Shown here: positions 11,282 to 23,960 of the stretch, in pieces
Numbering within the stretch: position 1 is the first letter of the stretch
Layout: the number at the start of each line of letters is the position of its first letter
Origin: Adineta vaga
Lineage: Eukaryota; Animalia; Rotifera
Length of the DNA stretch: 64,000 bases
Direction of reading: 5' to 3'
Assembly: GCA_021613535.1 (NCBI GenBank)
Contig: CP075493.1
Location: 4,030,001 to 4,094,000, forward strand
Notes under the pieces: model-generated
What the model saw: the letters and a program-made list of their open reading frames with translations, nothing else
Told to the model about the DNA's origin: nothing
Database searches by the model: none
Position numbers and translations under genes: made by a program

Positions 11282-12493
11282 ATGACACTCGGTGGTTTAC
11301 TTATCAATCGTCGGACTAATCGACAATATCGTTTGGATGGCTGTCGTCGATCTCGTACTAAGCCATTATTATTAAATCTAGCTCGACCATTTTTATCCTT
11401 GATTACTCGACAACAATTACCCAATGTTGTCGATTTACGTTCTTATTTAAGTCCAATTGAAGAACAGTCTGTACTTGGATCTTGTGTTGGAAATGCTTTA
11501 GCATCAATCTTAGAATATTTCTATTTCTATACAACTGGTCATGTGAAAATATTTAGTCGATTATTTATTTATTATAATGCTCGAATGATGGAAGATGAAG
11601 TAACAAAACGAAATGCAACGGAAAATGATTCTGGAGCAGATTTACAATATGCTATTGTAAGTTTAATTAAATATGGTTGTTGTGAAGATCAACTATGGCC
11701 ATTCTATGAACCTTTAATCAATAAACAACCATCAGATCAAGCTTATGAAAATGGACAATTGTATCGTTTAAATGAATTTAGTCGTCTTTCAAATAATGTT
11801 AATCAATTACGTCAATGTCTTGCTCAAGGTTATCCATTTGTTATGGCAATTAAAATCTTTCCTTCATTTGCATCAAATCATCAAGGATTTATTCCAATGC
11901 CGAAACGTTATGAAAAACCGTCTCAATATCGACATGCTGTTGTTTGTGTTGGTTATATTCATTCTGAGAAAGTTTTTATTATACGTAATTCACATGGACT
12001 TTATTGGGGTGATCATGGATATGGTTATTTACCATATGATTATGTAACAGATAAAGTTTTAACTAAAGATCTTTGGGCAATAAAATCAATTCGAAATATG
12101 ATGGAAATACCTGTTGAACAACATATTGCATGGAGAAATTCGCCAATATTAGCCAAATCAGCAAGTCAAACTGATCTAAATGATGATCAAGCAACATGTG
12201 ATATTGTATATTCTAATGAAAATCATAATAATCAAGAAGAAGAAGAATCTGACGAAAGGAATTCACATGAACAATATCATCGTGCTCATTCACATGAAAG
12301 TCTTGATGAATATCCAATGGCGCCATCTCAACAGCAACTACAACCAGATCATTCCATTCCAGCAGCATTTATGTCTTATTTTCCTATTGTTCAAGCTCCT
12401 CCACCAACAGCCTACACAACTGTACCAATCATGACAACATATCCTTATTATTCAACAATGTATCCTTCTGTACCTTATTTTAAACCATACTGA
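11282..12493 (+). CDS. papain-family (C1A) cysteine peptidase of bacterial/xylellain-like type, intronless
   Basis: VDLR...EQSVLGSCVGNA (Gln, Cys), SRLFIYYNAR, RHAVVCVGY (His), IRNSHG (Asn), WGDHGYGYLPY; no signal peptide or I29 prodomain; low-complexity C-terminal tail. Confidence 0.88.
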   Translation: MTLGGLLINRRTNRQYRLDGCRRSRTKPLLLNLARPFLSLITRQQLPNVVDLRSYLSPIEEQSVLGSCVGNALASILEYFYFYTTGHVKIFSRLFIYYNARMMEDEVTKRNATENDSGADLQYAIVSLIKYGCCEDQLWPFYEPLINKQPSDQAYENGQLYRLNEFSRLSNNVNQLRQCLAQGYPFVMAIKIFPSFASNHQGFIPMPKRYEKPSQYRHAVVCVGYIHSEKVFIIRNSHGLYWGDHGYGYLPYDYVTDKVLTKDLWAIKSIRNMMEIPVEQHIAWRNSPILAKSASQTDLNDDQATCDIVYSNENHNNQEEEESDERNSHEQYHRAHSHESLDEYPMAPSQQQLQPDHSIPAAFMSYFPIVQAPPPTAYTTVPIMTTYPYYSTMYPSVPYFKPY

Positions 12494-12699
12494 ATAAAAA
12501 TATTTCAAATAAGGTCTTTCTCCTATGATCTACCGAAGTATTCTATCAATAGCTCATGTTTTTTCGTCTTATTCTTCGTTCTATTCAAGTACAAACTCCA
12601 CACTAAAGTCATGCACATAGAAGAAATTGATTCATTCTTCATTCTGTTCCGATAACGAACAACACAAAAATAGTTTACATCGCTTGTAAAAGAAACAAT

Positions 12700-13431
12700 A
12701 TGTTGTTCTTTATACTTTTACTATCAGTTTTATTCACTATTAAATGTCAAACATTGAAAAATCAGACTCTTATTATTTCCTTCGGTATTACTAATGCTCA
12801 AACAGTAATTGTATGTGGATCATCAATTGATATCTATATATCATTTGATCTAGAACAAATTATTAACTGTTCATATGCTGTTATTGACGATCAATTTATG
12901 TGTTTAAATATAAGTATGTTGTAGAAGTTTGAAGAAGAGAAAGAATATTATGTATCTATTTATACAGCTATTCGAAATGACGAAGAAATCAATATTCAAC
13001 TTTCTGATCATTTCACAACACTACCAAAACTTTACATGAAACTCGATAATAACTCGTTTAGTCATGTATCAAATTACAGTTTCATTGATATTTATTATTT
13101 ATCATTTTCATCTGAACTTACTTGTCGATACTCATCATCAAAACAGACCACTACTTGTTTTTATTATCCTACGTCCATAGAATTTGTTCAATTAGAACGA
13201 CAATTTGATACCATGACAAATATCGATTTTATATCAAATAATCATAAGCGTCGTTATTTTAATATTATTTTTATTATCATTGGTGTTCTTATTCTACTTC
13301 TATGTGCTTGTGTTTTATATATTCTATGTAAAAGTCAATTTCCTCTTCATCATATGATTCAATTAGATTATATTATCGATCCACAATTAGCACGTCAAGC
13401 AGCATTAAAATTGGCACCAGAACCGGTGTAA
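12700..13431 (+). CDS. uncharacterised single-pass membrane protein, 2 exons
   Basis: Signal peptide; intron 12914-12967 joins in frame to ORF 13036-13431; TM FNIIFIIIGVLILLLCACVLYIL. Confidence 0.65.
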
Positions 13432-13598
13432 CATCAAAAGAAAACTATTTAGGATAGTTCGAATATTTTTATCGTGTTGTTGCTTTTATATGAAATTTCA
13501 AAATTTTTAGTTCTATAATTAAAAGATAAAGAAAGAACGAATGTTTATTAATGGCGCCATTGTCATTCATTTCTCTTGTTTAAATTCTATTGAATTCT

Positions 13599-14740
13599 AT
13601 GTTCTTCATTATATTACTTCTTTTCATTTCTCAATACTTTCCTTCAAATTCATTACAATGTATGAGGAAGAAAGATAACAATAAAGTATTTTCCCCATGT
13701 ACATTCATGCTGACAATAGGTGAATCTATTCCTGATGATGCTAACTTGACTGAAGCAACGAACAATTGTGCAATTAAAGAAGCAGATTCAAAGGGTTTTG
13801 GTCTTACTGCTGAAGGTTCAGGCTCATGCTTTGTCGAGATTATTACTGATTACACTAAAAACAAAATGATCGTTACCGCCACTAGTGTTGGGATCGTAGC
13901 TTCATTTATAGATCCATATGATGATATGTTTGGGTTTGCAAAGGGAATAAAAAGTGTTATTCAATATAAAATCTATATGAATCTCGAAATCAAAGAACTT
14001 GTTATGGCTACTCGTATTCAATGCAAGACTTATGATAACTGCGCATTAGATAAACTTCGAAAACTTCTCCCAAATTTGCAAATTACTAAAGAACGATTCT
14101 TGATGCTTGACGAAGTAGACAAATTACTCAATGCCGATAGTCCTGCGGAGAGCAAACCTACATCGTATGAACCAATCGTATTTCTAATGAAAATATTTTG
14201 ATTTTGTTTCGAAGATGTGTAAGCAACACCGATAAGGGTAAACATAGTGGTATGTGTACAGATGATCAAGATCGATGCGTTTATAGGCGTAATAAAAAGG
14301 GTGCAGTTGATCAACAGTGCACTGGCAAAAATCCTTTTGAATATGAAATAGAATATCGATTCAATGTCATTGAAGAAATCGACGCATCTAAATATGATAA
14401 TAGTGCCCAAACTCTAAAAGGTTCCTTTGTATGTAGAGAAACCGATTGTAATAATGAAGGAAATTTTCAAAGCGTAAGTTTAATATCTCATTTAAAATCA
14501 AATAATTGCTAACGAATAGAAATTCAACAGGTAACGAATATGCTTGCTTCACTTGCTATTGATGCAACAGCGCCTAATTCGAATTCAATTGAAGAGGTAA
14601 CTTTTGACTCCGAAGTCGTACCAAATCCTGCAGTAAAATCAGTAGTAAAATCAAAATCAAGTGGTATACTCCACGCAGTATCCATATCCGATCAATCAAT
14701 GATAATTATTTCTATTCTTTTTCGACAATTATTAAATTAA
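13599..14740 (+). CDS. secreted Cys-rich protein, possibly GPI-anchored, 3 exons
   Basis: Signal peptide then LQC, several Cys including C...CN motif, hydrophobic C-terminus; short introns at ~14166-14214 and ~14474-14530. Confidence 0.6.
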
Positions 14741-14858
14741 AACTTTACGAGTTTAGTTATTTGTTTTTTTAACAAAAGGCAAATGCAATTTTTTTTTCAT
14801 TATTACAATCGAATATTGTTATTTGCTTAGCTTTAAAAAGACAATCAAACTACTAAGT

Positions 14859-15579
14859 TCACGAAAACAAAGAGAAAAAAAACAGAACAAAAGATGTTTC
14901 GAATAAATAAATAAAGAGAAATAGACCGGTTGAATATAGATATTCTAGGAATTGATCCATAAGATTCAATTGTTCATCATTATCTTCCGGATTCCATGAA
15001 TGTTCATCATCAATTTTTAACATGGAATCGGACATACTACTACTATGTCCATCTTCGCTTATTGAACGTTTATGTTTTGTTCGACGATTTTGATACCAAA
15101 CTTTAACCTAAATAATTTCAAATCTCTACCTTTTCCTACTACATTATACTTGACTTACTCGAGCTTCAGGTAAATTTAAATGCTTTGCTAAATCTTTTCG
15201 TTCTTGTCCAACAATATAATGATTTTTTTCAAATGCATTTTCTAATTTAAGTAACTGAGATGGTGTAAATGCCGTTCGATTTCGTTTTGGTTTACGGTAC
15301 GAATTTAAAAGCAATGCCGTTGCCATTCCAGAATCTACAAAATTAGATTTGACTTTGTTTTTCTTCGAAATAAAACAAACTTGTCAATTGATTCATATGT
15401 CGAAGATATTGAAGCATATATTCACGTTGAAATTGTTGAGTATTTGTTAACGTTGATAACCATGATGTTGAAGGTAAAGATAATTGATCGGATATTTTCG
15501 ATCGTTCATCAGTTTTAATAATATCATCAATAGAAAATCCATGTGTTTTACGTGTTGATGTATGATAATATACAGGCAT
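14859..15579 (-). CDS. Emx: Emx/empty spiracles homeobox transcription factor, 3 exons
   Basis: eh1 motif GFSIDDII; homeodomain [60 protein letters not shown]; 3' end uncertain. Confidence 0.88.
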
Positions 15580-17087
15580 GATAAATGAAATTGAAAGTAA
15601 AGAGTATATCGTCTCTTAAAGATAACGATAGAATGAATAAATTTCTATTGATTTTACCTATTCTTTTTCTCTCTTTCTTTCCCTTTCTCTCTTTCTCTAT
15701 CTCTATATATCTCCACTCTCATTCGCTTTCGATCAATGATTGGATACGAAAGCAGAAAAAAGAAAGAAATCATTCATCAATTGGATACTCAACTTATAAT
15801 AAGAACCAATCAATGAGATAACAAAAGAAATCATGTCTTGTTTTGATCATGACGATAGAAATAACGATGTTGTATTTCCTTTATTGAAAAATCTCGACAA
15901 CTGTTATTTAGCCTGAAGCTAAAATTAAATGAAACGTCGATTTGATTTGATTAATTTTAATTAGAGAAAGGTGTTGATTTCGTAATCTCTTAAAATATGA
16001 AAAAAATAAAATAGAAGTCATAAAATCATAAGTTTGTCAATGTTTCTATATTCGAAGAACAATTTCGAATATTTTTCAATCAATGAAAAGGATTATTTTT
16101 TGTTTCTTTCTTTTCTAAATATCAATTTATTTCTCGAAAGTGTCATCTGTGTGAAAAAGATATTTGTACATGATTGATTGTGTATATATTTGTTTAAAGC
16201 TTCTGTATTGTGTCACTCTCACTTCATCAACACTCATCGTTTGTCCAGACATTGAAGATATTCATTCATTTATTCAATCAATTGCTTCTTCCTACTTTAC
16301 TTGAGGGCTAATTCCAATTAAAATAAGAAAAGAGAAGAAAAATGTCTCAATTGTACATCATGTTCATTTGATTGATGTGACCAGAAGAAGAAGAAGAAGA
16401 AGAAAAAAGAAAATCAACATGTACTTATAATGATTAGCTTTGAATAATCAAACTTCTGTTTGTTCTGAAGTATTATCGATATAGCTATACCTTGATCTTT
16501 CTTTTTTACGATAAGTTACGTTTGCCGTAATAAAATTTTATTTGAAAGACTTGTTAATCTAAACGAAGAAACGTGACTTTCTAATCTTCAAACGAACACC
16601 AAAGAGATAGAATATCTTTGATCGACCGATATACGAAGATTTTGTTTAAAGAAAGATCATCAACTATTATCATTTATCGATGTACAATAGTAAGAAGGAA
16701 AAAAAAAGAAGTCTAACATAATAGTTGATTACTGAATTAACACCTCGTCACAGATTCGATTTTCCAATGAAAAATGTAGATTAAACACACGTGTGAATTT
16801 ATCGTTCGAAAATTGGAAAAGAAATTAATCGAAGAGGATTAACAAAATTTCATTTTTGAGAATGCTACTAAGATTAAATCTTATTAATGACTATAATGAA
16901 TTAAATAACATCGATGGTATTAAATCTGAATCTTCATCATCAAATTATGTTTACTATCATTTCAAATAAGTAATGACGATCACCTTTGCATTGCATGAAT
17001 AATTTATTCGTACTCTTAAGAAAGAAATATTTTTGTTCAACAAATTTCTCTCCGAATGATTTTTTTCAGATGAGAGAAAACAATCTT

Positions 17088-18835
17088 TTATTTATTAATT
17101 CTTTTCTTTTTTTTCAAATGTTTTTTCACACCAAAACCATTTTCTGAATCATTCGATTCATGTTTACGTTTTTTATTCGATGATTTTGATTCTTCGAAAT
17201 CATCTTTTTGTTTATCATTTTTCTTTCGTTTTTGTCGATGATCTTTTCTGTCATCTTCAATTTCTTTGATTTGCATTCGAGCTTGTCGATCAGCTTCATT
17301 AACACGTTCCAACAAAAGCATAACTTCATCTTCATGTGTCACATATTGAGGTAATTGTTTACCAATAAGAAATTCAATACGTTGATATAATTCAATATCA
17401 TATTGAGTGACAAATGTCACTGATTTTCCACTACGACCAGCACGAGCAGTTCGACCAACACGATGAATATAATCTTTTGAATGTGTAGGAATATCATAAT
17501 TGATAACAAGATCCACATGTGGAATATCTAAACCTCTAGAAAAAATGAAGAAAAACGCTCGATGTCAATTTAATAGAAGAATGAAAATATTACCTGCTAG
17601 CAACATCAGTTGCGATCAGAATAGATCGTGCTTTGCCTTTGAATTTATTCAATGCACCAAGACGCTTTGTCTAAAAGTAAGAAAGAAAGAAGATATATCA
17701 TCATTCAAATAGAAGTTTTTCTTACTTGACTCATTTGCCCATGTAATGGAACAGTTGTAAAACCTAAATTTCTTGTTAATAATGCTAATCTTAATGTTGT
17801 TGTACAAGTAGAAGAAAAGACAATAATAGATTTTCCACTCATATCATTTAGAATCGATACTAAATAAACATCTTTGTATTTCGATGGTATAAATAAATAA
17901 CTTTGTTGTAATTTTTCAACTGTGGAATACTTTTCCGAGACTTCCACTTTCACAGGATCACGAAGAGATGCACGTTGTAATTTCGCAACTTTTTTCGTCA
18001 TTGTTGCCGAATATAAATATGTTGAACGCGTTGATGATGGTGGAAGAATTTTAAGAATTTTATCAATATCAACTTCAAAATCCATATTTAATATACGATC
18101 GGCTTCATCCATAACTAAATAACGTATGGAACGAAGTGAAAAACCTTTTGTATTTTCTAAATGATCAACAAGTCGACCAGGTGTGGCAATAACAATATGT
18201 GGCTTTTTTGCTAATGCAATCGATTGAGACATCATATCCATACCACCAACAATCACCGCTAAATAAAAACAAAACATAAAATACAAAGAATCAATGGTAC
18301 TTTACGATTCACTTACCACATTTAACACCAATACTTGAACCTAAGGCTTCAAATTGTTCACTTATTTGATAAGCTAATTCACGTGTTGGTGTTAGAACAA
18401 GTGCAAAAAGACGTTGAGGTGTTGCTAATAATGCTTGAAGTATAGGTAAACCAAATGCACCAGTTTTACCCGAACCCGTTTCAGCAAGACCAATAATATC
18501 GCGATCTAGAATTTGGAAAAAAACGATCGAAAAACGAGAGAAATAAAAGTAGATAGAAGTACTTTGAAATGCAATTGGTAATGCTTCAGTTTGAATTTTA
18601 GTTGGTCCTTTCCATCCAAGTCTTTCACATGCTTCACATAATGCATCATTCAAACCCTGAAAAAAGAAAATATTTGTTTTTTGAAATTCAATTTACAACA
18701 CATTTCAATCGTTTCCATCGATCAACGAGATTAAAAGAAACTAGAATGACTTACTAATGATTTGAAGGTAACTGGTTCTTGTGTTTCATGAGCCTTGTCT
18801 TCATTTTCTTCTTCTAAATGATTTTCATGATCCAT
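17088..18835 (-). CDS. DDX47: DEAD-box RNA helicase DDX47/Rrp3, multi-exon
   Basis: [43 protein letters not shown]; [16 protein letters not shown]-type DDX47 signature. Confidence 0.95.
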
Positions 18836-18884
18836 TTTTCTTTTTAATCTAAAACAAAGATTTATTGTAAATTCAAATTCATAA

Positions 18885-19834
18885 TTATTGTTTTAATTTT
18901 TGTTCTATATCAGAACATATTTGATCAAGTTTATTTGTTGAAACAAATAAAATTCGACGTTTTTGTATCCAATCATTTGAGTTCGATTGAACAGGTTGAT
19001 AATCAATCGATACAATTGAATGTTGATCAAATATTTCTTCTTCACCATTGATATAATAAATTGTATTTGAATCATTTTTATCCAGACGTAATTTAACATG
19101 AATGATCCAATAGTCGATTTGATCAGAAATTTCTTCACGTAATGTTCGAATAGCGGGTAAACTAATGTCAGCTGGAATATTCATATAACGTTCGTTTATA
19201 AATAATCCACAAGTTGAGGCTAAAAACAAACAAACGAACGAACTAAAACGAATTTATTAGTAAATGAAAGTCAAGGGCGTGTAACTCAGGGGTAGAGTGT
19301 TCGCTTTGCATGCGAAAAGTCCTGGGTTCAAATCCCAGCTCGTCCAATTCATTTTTTTGAACAAAAATAAATCTACTTACATTGAAGAATTGTTTTTGCT
19401 TGATTCTTTTCTGAACATTTGTCCATTAACCATGTATAGATTTGTTTATTTTGTTGTTGATTAAAACGAAGAAATGAACATATGCCTAATACTAAACTTT
19501 CATCATCATCATCATCATCATCCTCTTCGTTTTCGTCTAATGGTTGATAAAAAACACTTCCACAAGATTGTTGTGTAATAAGTTGATTGGCAAGAAGATT
19601 CAAATCAAGTACAGATTTTTTTATTGAATTTCCGAATGATTGTTCGAGAAAATAAAGTATGGCAGACTGATCCGTTTCGTTCGGTGAACGAGCTTCTAAA
19701 TCTATCTGAATATTTTCTGATGAATTAATTTCATCTTCAGAATTATTATCATTATCATTATCTGATGATGATGATGATGAACTCGACGGTTCAGGTTCAG
19801 GATTAGGTTTGCGTTTTTTTGATGAACGAGGCAT
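18885..19834 (-). CDS. BCCIP: BCCIP/Bcp1 homologue, 2 exons
   Basis: Acidic N-terminus, IQIDLEARSP, GLFINERYMNIP, YYINGEEEIF motifs; intron 19220-19380. Confidence 0.85.
19275..19346 (+). tRNA. tRNA-Ala(TGC), antisense in the BCCIP intron
   Basis: Cloverleaf with G3:U70 pair, anticodon arm TTCGC-TTTGCAT-GCGAA, T-loop TTCAAAT, T7 terminator; one T-T mismatch in the acceptor stem. Confidence 0.9.
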
Positions 19835-20067
19835 AAGATATGAATTTAATTCGACGAGTGCACGTTATTTCGAAAATGTTGTCTTTTTCAATGATTTTCA
19901 TAGGTTGATCTTTACTCTATTATAATTTCATTCATAGAACACTTAATAGATGTCGCTAGTTCTCAAGAAACCATTTCTCCAACTTATTCACATCGAACAA
20001 AAACTTTAATTAGTTCAAACGTCTTGAATATTGAATTTATTACAAAATATATTTATTTTAAAAGACA

Positions 20068-21042
20068 TCAAACATTTTCTTCTGTATTAACAACATTTTG
20101 TGTGACAGAATTCAAATTCTGTTCGATAATAACAGCAAATGTACTTCTTTCGATTGAATTCTTTCGTTGCTGTTGTTGTTGTTGTCGAAACTCATTCCAT
20201 TGTTCAATAAACAATAACGTATGTTTACGTTCAATAACTATACAAGTAATTGATAGTATAATACACAATATTGTAATTGAACTAAGTATAATATGTGCAT
20301 AAATAACAATCTTATTAACAGGTAAATGTAAAAGGATAAGAGATAATCGAGCAATGAATTCAAAGAAAAAGCCTATTGCCCAAATACTTGTTAGTGTATA
20401 ACATGCCCAACGAAATGATGGACAATTTTTATGCATCCATTCATAGACTTTCTTCACTTCTTCTTTTTCGGATAATTTTGGTAGAGAATTTTCTTCTTTT
20501 AATTGTGCATATTGATCATCATTTTGATCGATTTCATTACTAAAGGCATCGTCCGGTAGACCCACTTGTGCTCGATTTGTTGGAACTAAATCTTGATAGA
20601 AATAATAACCAAGTGGACGTAAACGACATCGATGATGACAACAATGTAAGGGAATTAATGTTATTGTGAAAATGACTGAAAGAATACCGGTTACAAGAGA
20701 TTTTTCTAATAATAATATAATTGGATTTCGTGTAATTATAGCAACAATAGCTGACAGTGTAAAGGAAAGGAATACAAGAAAACCAAGTGCATCAAATGTT
20801 CGAAATAGAATAGCTTTAAAAATAACCATAAATAAAGGTGGACTGCTAGCCACTAGAAGTGCATAAACAGGTTTAATATGTCGTTGAAGAGCAAAATAGA
20901 TAATCAATGGAAGAACAATATCAACGAGTACAGTAAGAATAAAACGTGGAATATGATGTTTAAATGTTTGCCAAAGGGAAAATTGAATCTTTCGTAAATT
21001 TTGATTGGTCGTCGGCGTTGGATCTTCTTCGACAGTCAACAT
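20068..21042 (-). CDS. VC0807/IspA-like multipass membrane protein (bacterial/fungal type), copy 1
   Basis: Intronless; LVDIVLPLIIY...YALL...D.LG....I..NP.ILLLEKSLVTG...RPLGYYF...FR....LT.IW.IG pattern recalled from the VC0807 family. Confidence 0.65.
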   Translation of the reverse strand: MLTVEEDPTPTTNQNLRKIQFSLWQTFKHHIPRFILTVLVDIVLPLIIYFALQRHIKPVYALLVASSPPLFMVIFKAILFRTFDALGFLVFLSFTLSAIVAIITRNPIILLLEKSLVTGILSVIFTITLIPLHCCHHRCRLRPLGYYFYQDLVPTNRAQVGLPDDAFSNEIDQNDDQYAQLKEENSLPKLSEKEEVKKVYEWMHKNCPSFRWACYTLTSIWAIGFFFEFIARLSLILLHLPVNKIVIYAHIILSSITILCIILSITCIVIERKHTLLFIEQWNEFRQQQQQQRKNSIERSTFAVIIEQNLNSVTQNVVNTEENV

Positions 21043-22520
21043 AATTATAATTTCGTTTGTAAGACAGTATACGTTATGTATTCAATGATTTACTTGGCAT
21101 GTGGGTTATTCATTGCGATTACCTATAAGGAAATGAAAAGGAAAAAAAGTTTTCTTTTTCTATAATTTATTGACAAAAATCATATTCACTTGACTAATAA
21201 CCGTGACGATCATCAAATGACAGACATTAAGGAGAAAGAAAAGGCGTTAGTGTAGGATGTTTTTATATAACGCAGCTATTTCAAAATCATTTATCTTCGA
21301 ACAAAAATTATCATGCACAATTATACAAAGAATATTCTATCTATAAATATCAGCGCGCTACTCCAGTACATTATTTTGCGATAAATAAATCAATATTTCT
21401 GTAAATAAATGATTTATCTAAAGGTCTCGTCATTTGTCACAATGAAGGTTACTTGATCTCAGTCGTTTTATAAAAAAAAGAAAAAAAGTACGATATGTTC
21501 TCTCATTTTTTTTACTTCATCGATAGTACAAGCTGTGCACATAAGTTTGGCAGCAAAAGAACGACAATATTGACGGCAGTAACGAATAAGTTTTGTATTA
21601 GAAATGGTCGATTAATTTTATTTTTTTTCTCTCTCCTTTTTTTTCTTTCTTGTCTCTATTTAAAATTCCGAAAAAATAAAATGTCAATAGAATCGAAAAT
21701 ACGCACTTCGAATCCACTCGACAATTCCTTTCGCTTCAGACATGAACTAAAATGAATGTCTTCACCAATCGATCAAGTAACGTTGACCTCTGATCGCAAA
21801 ACAATATGTATAGTTGTTCTATTCTTTTCACTAACCTACACTACACAAACAAAGTCTGTACTCGTTCATGCAACAAGTTTTCGCTAAAGATTATATTAGA
21901 GAATAACGATGGAAAAGGAACTATCTATTGATATTGATGAATATCAATCATTATCTAAGACAGCTGAAACTTCTATTACGATATTCAAGAAGATAATCTA
22001 TTTTCATAGATCGTAAGAAAGTTTTGAGCTTACTTGTTAACCATTCGAAAGATCACTTTTTGTTATGTACATGTATGTATTCAAATGAATCTTGATGAGG
22101 ATGAAAAAAGCAGCTTTATACGATCAAACATTCGACTGATGGTGCACAGTAGACTGTTCTTCACCGAGAGTAGGTATATATATATTACATCAAGAGTGGG
22201 ACTTTTTTTTTTTCATCGACATTGAACATGAGTCATGTGTATGTCTTGGTGGTCGTGTATTGGCCAATTGCATACATTTTCATCGTTCTATTTTTTTTCT
22301 TCTTCGTTGACATTTATACATACAGAAGAGAGGAAAAAAGAGAATAGAACGAGAAAGAAATGAACTATTCAATATATATATATATATTTACAAATCATTA
22401 CATCGTGAATTTTTGTATTTGAATCCGTATTGATCGTATTGTATCTATTCGTTTATTTTATACAGTATTTTAAGAATAGTTCACTTAAACTAGTTTTATT
22501 CTCTATACAACAAAAGTATT

Positions 22521-23435
22521 TTAATCTATCTGGTCATTAAAATGTTCATTTTTCCATTGTTCAATAAATAACATTGTTTGTTTTCTTTCTTTTGTTACAC
22601 AAATAATTGTCAATAAAGTACATATCACTGTGATTGTTGTTAGTACTATATTGGCATAGATGACAATTTTATTCACAGGTAGATGAATTAGTATGAGAAT
22701 TAAACGACCGAGAAATTCACAAAGAAAACCAAATGACCAAAGACTTGTTATTATATAACATGAAATACGAAATGATGAACACTTGTCGTAAAGCCAATCG
22801 TATATTTTAGTTATTTCTTCTCGATCGGATAATTTTGGAATGAGAACATCCTGTTCAAAATATTCTTCTTGAATAAATATATTTTCTGGTAGACCAACTT
22901 CTGCTCGATTTGTTGGAACTAAATCTCGATAGAAATAATAACCAAGTGGACGTAAACGACATCGATGATGACAACAATGTAAAGGAATTAATGTTAAAGC
23001 AAATATAATGGAAAGAATACCTGTTACAAGAGATTTTTCTAATAATAATATAATTGGATTTCGTGTGATAATTGCAACTACACCGGAGATTATAAAACCA
23101 GTTGCAATAAGAAAACCAAGTGCATCAAATGTTCGAAATAGAATAGCTTTAAAAATAACCATAAATAAAGGTGGACTGCTAGCCACTAGAAGTGCATAAA
23201 CAGGTTTAATATGTCGTTGAAGAGCAAAATAGATAATCAATGGAAGAACAATATCAACGAGTACAGTAAGAATAAAACGTGGAATATGATGTTTAAATGT
23301 TTGCCAGAACGAGAATTGAATATTGATAACAATTTGTGGTTCGACAACAGATGAAGATGGGGGATGATGAGAAAACATATTTCGATCGATGAGTTTGTTA
23401 TTATAAATGTACCTAAAAGATGCAAAGGCAGACAT
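22521..23435 (-). CDS. VC0807/IspA-like multipass membrane protein, copy 2
   Basis: Tandem paralogue of 20068-21042 with an identical core; start could be the later Met (MFSHHPP). Confidence 0.65.
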   Translation of the reverse strand: MSAFASFRYIYNNKLIDRNMFSHHPPSSSVVEPQIVINIQFSFWQTFKHHIPRFILTVLVDIVLPLIIYFALQRHIKPVYALLVASSPPLFMVIFKAILFRTFDALGFLIATGFIISGVVAIITRNPIILLLEKSLVTGILSIIFALTLIPLHCCHHRCRLRPLGYYFYRDLVPTNRAEVGLPENIFIQEEYFEQDVLIPKLSDREEITKIYDWLYDKCSSFRISCYIITSLWSFGFLCEFLGRLILILIHLPVNKIVIYANIVLTTITVICTLLTIICVTKERKQTMLFIEQWKNEHFNDQID

Positions 23436-23960
23436 ATATATTTATTTATTGTTGCTTTCATATGTCCTTCTTAAGAAAAAAACATCGCTGATCGTATTTA
23501 CTTCTACAAACCTAACTATATTACATTTTTGTCTTTCTATTCTTCAGATGTATTTATTTTTTGCTCGCCTAAACATTACATTGCATGAGTCATATGTGTT
23601 TAGATATGTTGCAGAACAAGGTTTTTTTGTAACGTGTTCGATGATTGGTGTGATATTGTATATAGTAAATAACTTCTTATCTTCGACTGTTCTTTCTATT
23701 TCATTCGGTGATATGAATTAGTTTTGAACATATTATATATATTCTTCGTATGTGCATTTTATCTTTAGAATAAATTTTAATTTCATATAAATGACCTTCA
23801 GTGATGAAAAGATAAATGACAGTTGGCCTTGTTCTAAGTCTGTGTTTGTGCATGAAATAATAAACGAAAGATATGAGGATGAGTGATCTTGAGTTTCTCT
23901 ATCGAACGAAATGATACAAAATTTCTTACGTTAATTGATGTCTCAGAATATTGAAACATA

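Noticed and set aside
15585-17080. Short ORFs and GAA/CT microsatellites upstream of Emx
   Set aside because: Low-complexity noncoding sequence, probably regulatory, but no specific element is supportable
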